Shown one piece after another: positions 23,986 through 33,700 of a stretch of 58,818 nt of DNA (position 1 is its first letter; each line of letters begins with the position of its first letter). Position numbers and translations under genes: made by a program. Under the pieces are notes generated by a model that saw only the letters and a program-made list of their open reading frames with translations, was not told the DNA's origin and did no database searches. The stretch is from an uncultured Planctomycetia bacterium (GTDB lineage Bacteria > Planctomycetota > JAKEIC01 > CAZDSO01): positions 1-58,818 of the forward strand of contig CAZDSO010000002.1 of the NCBI GenBank assembly GCA_964508045.1, read 5' to 3'.

Positions 23986-26900
23986 ATGCCTGATCCTCGC
24001 AACCTGCTTGCAGTCCTTCTCCTCGCGGCGGCCCTGCCCCTCTCCTGCGCCGGCGGGCCGGAACCCGTTTTGAAAGAGGAACCTCACGCGAAGAAGGAGG
24101 CGGCACCGCCGGAGGAACCCGCCGAATCCGGATCCGAACCCGAACCCGAACCCGCCGCGCCGGCCCCGGCCCCCGGGGAGGACGTCGGGGAAGAAACGGA
24201 CGAAACCGATCCCCTCCGCGACCCCTTCGACACGACCTGGATCGAGAATCTCCTGGAACGCCGGACCTCCCGCGCCGCGTCCCTGGTCGGCCTGCTCGGG
24301 GACGACGCGAGACCCGCCGTCCCCTGGCTGATCGAGAGGGTCCCGGGCGACATCGGAAACCCCGCATTCGCCATCGAACGAGAGCCCCTGTCCATCCTCG
24401 GAGACGTCGCGCTTCCCGGCCTGCTCAGGTCCGTCGCCGGGCGCGGACCCTTCGCCGCGACGTCCGCGAGATGCGTGTCCCGCATCCCTGCAGGCGATCC
24501 CGCCCTCCTTCCCCTCTTCCGGACGACGGTGGAACAAGCCGAGGCGGACCACGCGGCACGCGTCCTGCACAGCCTCCGGGGCCTCGGCAAGGGAGCCGTC
24601 CCCTTCCTCGCCGGATGCCTCGAGGACGAACGCCCCGCCGTCCGGGAAAGCGCGGCACGGACCCTCGGGCGGATCGGACCCGGCGCCCAAGGGACGGTCT
24701 CCGCGCTCGTGAACCTTGCGCGCGACCCGGACGGAGGGGTCCGCGCCGGCGCCGCGTACGCGCTCGGCCGGACCGGCGCGCCCGGTTCGCTCGCGGTTCC
24801 CTTCCTCGCGGACCTCCTGGACGATCCCCGGGTTCCCGTGCGGCGCGAGGCCGTTTTGGCCCTCGGCCGCTTCGAGAGCGGGGAATCCGCCTCGCGGGCC
24901 GGGATCGTCCGCAAAGCCGCTGATCCCGCCGTGCGCTGGGAGTCGCTTCCGCTTCTTATGCTGGCGGAGGGAAGCGAATCCGAAGCGGTCCGGCGGGCGG
25001 TCCGGGAACGGTTCGAGGCAGGGGAGGACGATAAGGACGTGGAGCGGCTGGCGTCGATCGTCGAGGTCCTCGGAGGGTGGAGGGCGTCGAAAGGCAAGGC
25101 CTTTCCCTTCCTGGTGGAGGCCCTCTCGTTCGCCGACGACGTCAACCGGGAGACGATCGGGGGGATGCTCGACGGGATCGACATGCCCCCCGAAGCGGCC
25201 GCTCCCGTCTGGAAGCGGGCGTTGAGGCACGCCTCCGGCCCCGCCTTCGATCGGGCGGTGATGTTCTTCCTCGAGGCGAACGAAGCGCTCGGCCCGCTCC
25301 GCAAAGACCTGGTCGCGAGATTGCGCGAAGCGCTGGAAGCCGAACACGGAAGGCCCGAGGTCGTCGCCGGGATTCTCGCCCTGCTCGCGGCATCGGGGCG
25401 CCCTCCCGATCCGCAGCTCGTCGTGAAGGTCTTCGAGCCGGGGCGGCGCTGGCCCGACCCCGTCTTCGCGGAAGCCGTCCGGGTCCTCGCCATGGCCCCC
25501 GGCAAGGCGCTGGGTCCCCTGCTCGATCTGGCCCTCTCCCGGCGGGGCGGGCACTGGCATTTCGACAGGCCCCGCTGGCACTGGAGAGCGCTCGCGGCCC
25601 GGGCCATCGCCGGCGCCCTGCCCCTCGAGGAGAGGGGCGCCGCGAGAAGGCGGATCGCCCTCTATCCGGATCCCACCGTCCGGTTCCTCGCCGCGCCGGT
25701 TCCGAAGCTCGTCTCCCCCGCCGCACCGCGCGCCAGGACGTGGCGCGAGGGGGACCTTCGCGTGGAACGGATCGCCACCGAGGTGAGCCTCCCGCGGACG
25801 GTCCAGTTCACGGCCCTCGAGAGGCTGGGGAAGACGGGGCGGTTCCTCCTGCTGACGAGCGACGGCCAGCTCTACACGCTGGCCTCCCGGCCCGACGGAG
25901 GCGTCGAGACGGAGGCCTACCGCGACCTCCCCCTCGCGGCGCATCCGCCGGACCGTGTCCCCTCCTTCCTTCCGAAGATCTGGGAATACCTGGACGCCTC
26001 GCCGGAAGGCGGCGTCTTCGTCGCGGCGGGGGGGGATGACGACCCGGGAGACCGGAAGGCGCTTCTTTTGGTGTACCGGGCCGATGAACCCGGACCGGTC
26101 CTGGCGGGATCGTTGCCCGTCCGGTGGATCCGGGGCGCGGCGCTGGACGCGGAAGCCGGGCGGATCGCAGCGATCGATGACGCGTACGGGATCCACTGGC
26201 TCGATGTCCGCCTCGATCCCGAGCCCGCCTTCCTCGGCCGGGCGTCGGGAAGCGGCGGCCCCGACCAGCGATCCTGCGTCCTCCTGTCCGACGGCACGGT
26301 GCTCACGGGAACGCCCCAGGCCGGGCTCCTGGGCGCGCGTCCCGGAAGAGCCGCGCACCTCCTCTTCTGCCCCGAGGAGGAGGACGCCCCCGTGGTATCG
26401 GGCCCCCTGCCCGACGGCACCGTGCTGTTCGCGACGGTCACCGACCCGGCGGTCAGGAAGATGGATCCCGGGACGGGCCGCATCCTCTGGACGTCGCCGC
26501 TGGGCTCGTCGTTCCATCGGCTCGAGGCGGGCCCGGTCTACTGGGCGGCCTACGGGGGAAGCGAGATCGCGCTCGGGGACACGGAAACGGGCGAGGTTCT
26601 GGGCCGGCTTCCCCTGTCCGAGGAGGGCAGGGCGACGTTCAGCGGGGAAGCGCATTCCCATCACCGCGTGGTCGCCTTCGGGGCGGGCGGGCGGGCGCTG
26701 ATGGCGGTCGCGGTCTCCCAAGAGCGGTCCTGGATCATCCGGTTCCGTCTGACCAGAAGAAGCGATCGGGCCGGCGCCGTTCGCGGAGAGGACGGGACGC
26801 CTTCCGGAGCGGTCCCGGACGGGACGCCCCTCGAGCGGTGGATCGAGGATCTCCGCGCGGAACGGACCGACGTCCGCCATGCGGCCGCATCGGAGCTGGG

Positions 26901-28113
26901 CCGGCTGAGGGGGAAGGCCAGGCGTGCGCTTCCGGCGCTTCGCCAGGCGATCGAGGAGGAGATGGACGCCGAAAGGCCGGACGCCGCGTTCCTTTCCCTC
27001 CTCGTCGATGCGCTCGGCGGGATCGGGAAGGAGGCCGTGCCCGCCCTGGCGGGTCTACTCGAGGCGCAGGATCCCGGCGTCCGCGCGAAGGCCTGCCGGG
27101 CCCTGGCACGTCTCGGCCCGCGGGCCCGGGAGGCGTCGTTCCCGCTGGCCGGCCGGCTCGGCGACATCGACTGGGACGTCCGTCTGGAGGCGGCCCGGGC
27201 GCTTCATGCCTTGCGACCCGAAGCCCGCGGCGCGGCCGTGGCGCTTCGGGGCGCGCTGGACGATCGGAGCCTCCGGGTGCGGGAAGCGGCCCTCGCGGCC
27301 CTGATCGCGATGGGGGAGGCCGCGAGGCTTCCGCTCGAGGCGGGCCTGCCGGAGAGCGGGGGATTCCAGGCGCTCTACACGATCGAGGCCCTTTCCGCGC
27401 TCGGCGTTTTCGAGAAGAAACCGCTGCTGCTGCAAACGGCCCTGTCCCAGCTCGAGGGGCTTCTGGAATCCGGGGACGCCCTGCTCCGCTCGGAGTCGGC
27501 CCGCGTGTGCGGCCGTCTCGGCCCGCTCGCGGCGCCGATCCTCCAGTCCCTGGAGCTGGGCCTGTTCGACGAGCATTTCGAGGTCCAGAGGCGGACCGCC
27601 GAGAGCCTGCGGCGGGTCGGGGGGGGAAGCGAGCTGGGCGTGTCGGTCCTGGCGGGGACGCTCGCGAGCGAGGATCCGGTTCTCCGCCGACGGTGCGCCC
27701 GCGCGCTTGCCACGCTGGGGCCGGCGTCCCCAGCGGCGCTGCCGGCGCTCCTGGAAGCCCTCGAGGACGGGGACGGGTTCGTCCGCGCCTACGCCGCGGA
27801 AGCCCTGCGCGGGATGGGGTCGGAAGGCTTCGAGGCGCTGGCCGGGCGCCTGGGCTCTTCCGATCCCTTCCTGTGCGAGGAGGCGGCGCACGCTTTCCAG
27901 GGGGCGGGACGCGAGGCGCTTCCCGCGCTGCTGGCGGCCCTGCAGGCGGAAGGCTCGCGCGGATGGGGCGCCGTGGCGCTGGGGTGGATGGGGCCGGCGG
28001 CCTCCGAGGCGGCGCCGGCGCTGGAGGCGCTGGCCGGGGACGGGGATCCGTGGGTCCGGTCGGTGGCGGCCAAGGCGCGTCGCCGCATCGCGGGGCGGGA
28101 CGCGGGCCGGTGA
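23986..28113 (+). CDS. Giant lipoprotein: HEAT (PBS-lyase-type) repeat arrays flanking a beta-propeller-like core
   Basis: Lipobox LPLSC (Cys21) and an acidic Pro-rich linker are present. Repeated motifs include VRESAARTLGRIG, VRAGAAYALGRTG, VRREAVLALGRF, VRAKACRALARLG, VRLEAARALHAL and FVRAYAAEALRGMG. The central region carries DGTVL.../GTGRILWTSPLG/ETGEVLGRLPL strands. Confidence 0.85.
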   Translation: MPDPRNLLAVLLLAAALPLSCAGGPEPVLKEEPHAKKEAAPPEEPAESGSEPEPEPAAPAPAPGEDVGEETDETDPLRDPFDTTWIENLLERRTSRAASLVGLLGDDARPAVPWLIERVPGDIGNPAFAIEREPLSILGDVALPGLLRSVAGRGPFAATSARCVSRIPAGDPALLPLFRTTVEQAEADHAARVLHSLRGLGKGAVPFLAGCLEDERPAVRESAARTLGRIGPGAQGTVSALVNLARDPDGGVRAGAAYALGRTGAPGSLAVPFLADLLDDPRVPVRREAVLALGRFESGESASRAGIVRKAADPAVRWESLPLLMLAEGSESEAVRRAVRERFEAGEDDKDVERLASIVEVLGGWRASKGKAFPFLVEALSFADDVNRETIGGMLDGIDMPPEAAAPVWKRALRHASGPAFDRAVMFFLEANEALGPLRKDLVARLREALEAEHGRPEVVAGILALLAASGRPPDPQLVVKVFEPGRRWPDPVFAEAVRVLAMAPGKALGPLLDLALSRRGGHWHFDRPRWHWRALAARAIAGALPLEERGAARRRIALYPDPTVRFLAAPVPKLVSPAAPRARTWREGDLRVERIATEVSLPRTVQFTALERLGKTGRFLLLTSDGQLYTLASRPDGGVETEAYRDLPLAAHPPDRVPSFLPKIWEYLDASPEGGVFVAAGGDDDPGDRKALLLVYRADEPGPVLAGSLPVRWIRGAALDAEAGRIAAIDDAYGIHWLDVRLDPEPAFLGRASGSGGPDQRSCVLLSDGTVLTGTPQAGLLGARPGRAAHLLFCPEEEDAPVVSGPLPDGTVLFATVTDPAVRKMDPGTGRILWTSPLGSSFHRLEAGPVYWAAYGGSEIALGDTETGEVLGRLPLSEEGRATFSGEAHSHHRVVAFGAGGRALMAVAVSQERSWIIRFRLTRRSDRAGAVRGEDGTPSGAVPDGTPLERWIEDLRAERTDVRHAAASELGRLRGKARRALPALRQAIEEEMDAERPDAAFLSLLVDALGGIGKEAVPALAGLLEAQDPGVRAKACRALARLGPRAREASFPLAGRLGDIDWDVRLEAARALHALRPEARGAAVALRGALDDRSLRVREAALAALIAMGEAARLPLEAGLPESGGFQALYTIEALSALGVFEKKPLLLQTALSQLEGLLESGDALLRSESARVCGRLGPLAAPILQSLELGLFDEHFEVQRRTAESLRRVGGGSELGVSVLAGTLASEDPVLRRRCARALATLGPASPAALPALLEALEDGDGFVRAYAAEALRGMGSEGFEALAGRLGSSDPFLCEEAAHAFQGAGREALPALLAALQAEGSRGWGAVALGWMGPAASEAAPALEALAGDGDPWVRSVAAKARRRIAGRDAGR

Positions 28114-28122
28114 CGCGCGCCC

Positions 28123-29229
28123 TCAGCGTCGCCGTCCCCTCTCGCGGCGGAGCTGCTTGGGCTTGTCGAGCAGGGTCTTCAGGATCGCGACGTAGCGTTC
28201 GTGCCGGCCCCGGTCGATCCGCCCCTCCTCCACCGCCCGGAGCACCTCGCACCCCGCCTCCACACGGTGAAGGCAGTCCTTGAACCGGCAACGCTCCCCC
28301 GGCCCGCGGAGCTCGGGATAGTGCTTCCAGAGCGTATCCGGCGTCACGCCGGCCGGCATGAATTCCCGGATGCCCGGCGTGTCGATGACGTGGGTCTCGT
28401 CGTCGATCGGGATCCGCTCCGAGGCGGTGGTGGTGTGGACGCCCCGGCCGGTCCTCGCGCTCACCGGGTTCACCGGCAGGTCGAGATCGGGCCTGAGGCG
28501 CCCGAGGAGGGAGGATTTTCCCACGCCCGAGTGGCCGATCAGGACCGTCTCCTTCCCCTGCAGGGCGGAACGGAGCGTGGCCAGGCCCTCGCCCGTTCGC
28601 GCCGAGGCGCGGAAGACGCGGAAGGAGGCCTCTCGGTAGGCCTCGAGGACCGGTTCGAGATCCTGGGGGGGGTCGAGGTCGTTCTTGTTCAGGCAGATCC
28701 ACCCCTGGAGTCCTCCGGCCTCGGCCGCGACCAGGACGCGGTCCACGAGTCCGGGGCGGAAGGGCGGCTCGCGGGTGGAGGCGATCACGAGGACGGCGTC
28801 GGCGTTGGCCGCGAGCATCTGCTCGTAGTTCCGCTGGGGGGCGCGGCGGATGAGGGTGGTGCGGCGCGGGAGGACCTCCTCGATCACGCCTTCGTCTTTG
28901 GCCGTCATCGCGAAGAGGACGTCGTCGCCGACGGCCACGGGATGCTTCCAGCGTCGGGCGCCGGCCTTGGCCGCGCCCCGGATCTCGCACCGGACGCGGG
29001 CGAGGCCGGGTCCTTCGACCACGGCGCCGCGCGAGGCGAGGCGGACGGCCTTGCCCCGGAGGCGTTCGGGCGTCTTCGCGCTTTTCCGTCGGTTTCCTTC
29101 CACGTGGACGGTCTCCGGCCCGGCGCGGCGGGCGGGGTTGTGCGTACGGGTTCCGGGACGCCTGATTATAGAGGCTGGATTGCCGATTTCCGTCCCTTGC
29201 ATCCACGGATTATAATCGAAGTCGGACAT
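28123..29229 (-). CDS. rsgA: Ribosome small-subunit-dependent GTPase A
   Basis: OB-fold N-domain, circularly permuted GTPase (NKNDL, GHSGVGKSSLL, DTPGIREF) and C-terminal zinc knuckle CRFKDCLHRVEAGC are present. The ~60-aa N-terminal extension makes the start somewhat uncertain. Confidence 0.9.
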   Translation of the reverse strand: MSDFDYNPWMQGTEIGNPASIIRRPGTRTHNPARRAGPETVHVEGNRRKSAKTPERLRGKAVRLASRGAVVEGPGLARVRCEIRGAAKAGARRWKHPVAVGDDVLFAMTAKDEGVIEEVLPRRTTLIRRAPQRNYEQMLAANADAVLVIASTREPPFRPGLVDRVLVAAEAGGLQGWICLNKNDLDPPQDLEPVLEAYREASFRVFRASARTGEGLATLRSALQGKETVLIGHSGVGKSSLLGRLRPDLDLPVNPVSARTGRGVHTTTASERIPIDDETHVIDTPGIREFMPAGVTPDTLWKHYPELRGPGERCRFKDCLHRVEAGCEVLRAVEEGRIDRGRHERYVAILKTLLDKPKQLRRERGRRR

Positions 29230-29264
29230 CTTTTTGTTTGCGGCGAAAGAACAGGAGGCGCGGC

Positions 29265-29409
29265 ATGGCAGAGGCGGAGCGGTACGAGCGGCTGTTCGAG
29301 GGGTTCAAGCGGGCGGGGCAGGAGCACGTCTTCGGGGGATGGGGGGATCTGGACGGTCCCCGCCGGAAGGCCTTCCTGGACCGTCTGGAGGGGGTGGATC
29401 CGGGGCTTT
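29265..29409 (+). pseudogene. 5' fragment (48 codons) of a UDP-N-acetylglucosamine/UDP-sugar pyrophosphorylase-like gene, truncated at the palindrome axis
   Basis: AGGAGG lies 6 nt upstream of ATG 29265. MAEAERYERLFEGFKRAGQEHVFGGWGDLDGPRRKAFLDRLEGVDPGL matches the characteristic UAP1/UDPGP N-terminus (AGQEHLL-FW--L------L---L). The frame runs into the axis, where the mirror sequence creates TAA at 29409-29411. Confidence 0.5.
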
Positions 29410-29554
29410 AAAGCCCCGGATCCACCCCCTCCAGACGGTCCAGGAAGGCCTTCCGGCGGGGACCGTCCAGATCCCCCCATCCCCCGAAGACGTGCTCCTG
29501 CCCCGCCCGCTTGAACCCCTCGAACAGCCGCTCGTACCGCTCCGCCTCTGCCAT
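29410..29554 (-). pseudogene. Mirror copy of the truncated UDP-sugar pyrophosphorylase-like 5' fragment
   Basis: Reverse complement of 29265..29409. Confidence 0.5.
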
Positions 29555-29589
29555 GCCGCGCCTCCTGTTCTTTCGCCGCAAACAAAAAG

Positions 29590-30696
29590 ATGTCCGACTT
29601 CGATTATAATCCGTGGATGCAAGGGACGGAAATCGGCAATCCAGCCTCTATAATCAGGCGTCCCGGAACCCGTACGCACAACCCCGCCCGCCGCGCCGGG
29701 CCGGAGACCGTCCACGTGGAAGGAAACCGACGGAAAAGCGCGAAGACGCCCGAACGCCTCCGGGGCAAGGCCGTCCGCCTCGCCTCGCGCGGCGCCGTGG
29801 TCGAAGGACCCGGCCTCGCCCGCGTCCGGTGCGAGATCCGGGGCGCGGCCAAGGCCGGCGCCCGACGCTGGAAGCATCCCGTGGCCGTCGGCGACGACGT
29901 CCTCTTCGCGATGACGGCCAAAGACGAAGGCGTGATCGAGGAGGTCCTCCCGCGCCGCACCACCCTCATCCGCCGCGCCCCCCAGCGGAACTACGAGCAG
30001 ATGCTCGCGGCCAACGCCGACGCCGTCCTCGTGATCGCCTCCACCCGCGAGCCGCCCTTCCGCCCCGGACTCGTGGACCGCGTCCTGGTCGCGGCCGAGG
30101 CCGGAGGACTCCAGGGGTGGATCTGCCTGAACAAGAACGACCTCGACCCCCCCCAGGATCTCGAACCGGTCCTCGAGGCCTACCGAGAGGCCTCCTTCCG
30201 CGTCTTCCGCGCCTCGGCGCGAACGGGCGAGGGCCTGGCCACGCTCCGTTCCGCCCTGCAGGGGAAGGAGACGGTCCTGATCGGCCACTCGGGCGTGGGA
30301 AAATCCTCCCTCCTCGGGCGCCTCAGGCCCGATCTCGACCTGCCGGTGAACCCGGTGAGCGCGAGGACCGGCCGGGGCGTCCACACCACCACCGCCTCGG
30401 AGCGGATCCCGATCGACGACGAGACCCACGTCATCGACACGCCGGGCATCCGGGAATTCATGCCGGCCGGCGTGACGCCGGATACGCTCTGGAAGCACTA
30501 TCCCGAGCTCCGCGGGCCGGGGGAGCGTTGCCGGTTCAAGGACTGCCTTCACCGTGTGGAGGCGGGGTGCGAGGTGCTCCGGGCGGTGGAGGAGGGGCGG
30601 ATCGACCGGGGCCGGCACGAACGCTACGTCGCGATCCTGAAGACCCTGCTCGACAAGCCCAAGCAGCTCCGCCGCGAGAGGGGACGGCGACGCTGA
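29590..30696 (+). CDS. rsgA: Ribosome small-subunit-dependent GTPase A (mirror copy)
   Basis: Mirror of 28123..29229; the track gives an identical protein. Confidence 0.9.
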   Translation: MSDFDYNPWMQGTEIGNPASIIRRPGTRTHNPARRAGPETVHVEGNRRKSAKTPERLRGKAVRLASRGAVVEGPGLARVRCEIRGAAKAGARRWKHPVAVGDDVLFAMTAKDEGVIEEVLPRRTTLIRRAPQRNYEQMLAANADAVLVIASTREPPFRPGLVDRVLVAAEAGGLQGWICLNKNDLDPPQDLEPVLEAYREASFRVFRASARTGEGLATLRSALQGKETVLIGHSGVGKSSLLGRLRPDLDLPVNPVSARTGRGVHTTTASERIPIDDETHVIDTPGIREFMPAGVTPDTLWKHYPELRGPGERCRFKDCLHRVEAGCEVLRAVEEGRIDRGRHERYVAILKTLLDKPKQLRRERGRRR

Positions 30697-30705
30697 GGGC
30701 GCGCG

Positions 30706-33700
30706 TCACCGGCCCGCGTCCCGCCCCGCGATGCGGCGACGCGCCTTGGCCGCCACCGACCGGACCCACGGATCCCCGTCCCCGGCCAGCGCCTCCAGCG
30801 CCGGCGCCGCCTCGGAGGCCGCCGGCCCCATCCACCCCAGCGCCACGGCGCCCCATCCGCGCGAGCCTTCCGCCTGCAGGGCCGCCAGCAGCGCGGGAAG
30901 CGCCTCGCGTCCCGCCCCCTGGAAAGCGTGCGCCGCCTCCTCGCACAGGAAGGGATCGGAAGAGCCCAGGCGCCCGGCCAGCGCCTCGAAGCCTTCCGAC
31001 CCCATCCCGCGCAGGGCTTCCGCGGCGTAGGCGCGGACGAACCCGTCCCCGTCCTCGAGGGCTTCCAGGAGCGCCGGCAGCGCCGCTGGGGACGCCGGCC
31101 CCAGCGTGGCAAGCGCGCGGGCGCACCGTCGGCGGAGAACCGGATCCTCGCTCGCGAGCGTCCCCGCCAGGACCGACACGCCCAGCTCGCTTCCCCCCCC
31201 GACCCGCCGCAGGCTCTCGGCGGTCCGCCTCTGGACCTCGAAATGCTCGTCGAACAGGCCCAGCTCCAGGGACTGGAGGATCGGCGCCGCGAGCGGGCCG
31301 AGACGGCCGCACACGCGGGCCGACTCCGAGCGGAGCAGGGCGTCCCCGGATTCCAGAAGCCCCTCGAGCTGGGACAGGGCCGTTTGCAGCAGCAGCGGTT
31401 TCTTCTCGAAAACGCCGAGCGCGGAAAGGGCCTCGATCGTGTAGAGCGCCTGGAATCCCCCGCTCTCCGGCAGGCCCGCCTCGAGCGGAAGCCTCGCGGC
31501 CTCCCCCATCGCGATCAGGGCCGCGAGGGCCGCTTCCCGCACCCGGAGGCTCCGATCGTCCAGCGCGCCCCGAAGCGCCACGGCCGCGCCGCGGGCTTCG
31601 GGTCGCAAGGCATGAAGCGCCCGGGCCGCCTCCAGACGGACGTCCCAGTCGATGTCGCCGAGCCGGCCGGCCAGCGGGAACGACGCCTCCCGGGCCCGCG
31701 GGCCGAGACGTGCCAGGGCCCGGCAGGCCTTCGCGCGGACGCCGGGATCCTGCGCCTCGAGTAGACCCGCCAGGGCGGGCACGGCCTCCTTCCCGATCCC
31801 GCCGAGCGCATCGACGAGGAGGGAAAGGAACGCGGCGTCCGGCCTTTCGGCGTCCATCTCCTCCTCGATCGCCTGGCGAAGCGCCGGAAGCGCACGCCTG
31901 GCCTTCCCCCTCAGCCGGCCCAGCTCCGATGCGGCCGCATGGCGGACGTCGGTCCGTTCCGCGCGGAGATCCTCGATCCACCGCTCGAGGGGCGTCCCGT
32001 CCGGGACCGCTCCGGAAGGCGTCCCGTCCTCTCCGCGAACGGCGCCGGCCCGATCGCTTCTTCTGGTCAGACGGAACCGGATGATCCAGGACCGCTCTTG
32101 GGAGACCGCGACCGCCATCAGCGCCCGCCCGCCCGCCCCGAAGGCGACCACGCGGTGATGGGAATGCGCTTCCCCGCTGAACGTCGCCCTGCCCTCCTCG
32201 GACAGGGGAAGCCGGCCCAGAACCTCGCCCGTTTCCGTGTCCCCGAGCGCGATCTCGCTTCCCCCGTAGGCCGCCCAGTAGACCGGGCCCGCCTCGAGCC
32301 GATGGAACGACGAGCCCAGCGGCGACGTCCAGAGGATGCGGCCCGTCCCGGGATCCATCTTCCTGACCGCCGGGTCGGTGACCGTCGCGAACAGCACGGT
32401 GCCGTCGGGCAGGGGGCCCGATACCACGGGGGCGTCCTCCTCCTCGGGGCAGAAGAGGAGGTGCGCGGCTCTTCCGGGACGCGCGCCCAGGAGCCCGGCC
32501 TGGGGCGTTCCCGTGAGCACCGTGCCGTCGGACAGGAGGACGCAGGATCGCTGGTCGGGGCCGCCGCTTCCCGACGCCCGGCCGAGGAAGGCGGGCTCGG
32601 GATCGAGGCGGACATCGAGCCAGTGGATCCCGTACGCGTCATCGATCGCTGCGATCCGCCCGGCTTCCGCGTCCAGCGCCGCGCCCCGGATCCACCGGAC
32701 GGGCAACGATCCCGCCAGGACCGGTCCGGGTTCATCGGCCCGGTACACCAAAAGAAGCGCCTTCCGGTCTCCCGGGTCGTCATCCCCCCCCGCCGCGACG
32801 AAGACGCCGCCTTCCGGCGAGGCGTCCAGGTATTCCCAGATCTTCGGAAGGAAGGAGGGGACACGGTCCGGCGGATGCGCCGCGAGGGGGAGGTCGCGGT
32901 AGGCCTCCGTCTCGACGCCTCCGTCGGGCCGGGAGGCCAGCGTGTAGAGCTGGCCGTCGCTCGTCAGCAGGAGGAACCGCCCCGTCTTCCCCAGCCTCTC
33001 GAGGGCCGTGAACTGGACCGTCCGCGGGAGGCTCACCTCGGTGGCGATCCGTTCCACGCGAAGGTCCCCCTCGCGCCACGTCCTGGCGCGCGGTGCGGCG
33101 GGGGAGACGAGCTTCGGAACCGGCGCGGCGAGGAACCGGACGGTGGGATCCGGATAGAGGGCGATCCGCCTTCTCGCGGCGCCCCTCTCCTCGAGGGGCA
33201 GGGCGCCGGCGATGGCCCGGGCCGCGAGCGCTCTCCAGTGCCAGCGGGGCCTGTCGAAATGCCAGTGCCCGCCCCGCCGGGAGAGGGCCAGATCGAGCAG
33301 GGGACCCAGCGCCTTGCCGGGGGCCATGGCGAGGACCCGGACGGCTTCCGCGAAGACGGGGTCGGGCCAGCGCCGCCCCGGCTCGAAGACCTTCACGACG
33401 AGCTGCGGATCGGGAGGGCGCCCCGATGCCGCGAGCAGGGCGAGAATCCCGGCGACGACCTCGGGCCTTCCGTGTTCGGCTTCCAGCGCTTCGCGCAATC
33501 TCGCGACCAGGTCTTTGCGGAGCGGGCCGAGCGCTTCGTTCGCCTCGAGGAAGAACATCACCGCCCGATCGAAGGCGGGGCCGGAGGCGTGCCTCAACGC
33601 CCGCTTCCAGACGGGAGCGGCCGCTTCGGGGGGCATGTCGATCCCGTCGAGCATCCCCCCGATCGTCTCCCGGTTGACGTCGTCGGCGAACGAGAGGGCC

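Larger units (their letters stand above)
1..29409. repeat. Left arm of a window-spanning perfect inverted repeat (palindrome)
   Basis: Every ORF in the track recurs with an identical protein at 58819-x on the other strand, e.g. 389..2815+ and 56004..58430-, or 23986..28113+ and 30706..34833-. Bases 1-34 are the reverse complement of the last 34 bases. The centre reads cggggcttt|aaagccccg. Confidence 0.97.

Noticed and set aside
29166-29653. The 139-aa ORFs crossing the axis on both strands (29234..29653+ and 29166..29585-), which encode identical proteins.
   Set aside because: They are a direct by-product of the palindrome. Their composition is shadow-like, and they overlap the rsgA 5' end and the better-supported UAP-like fragment.
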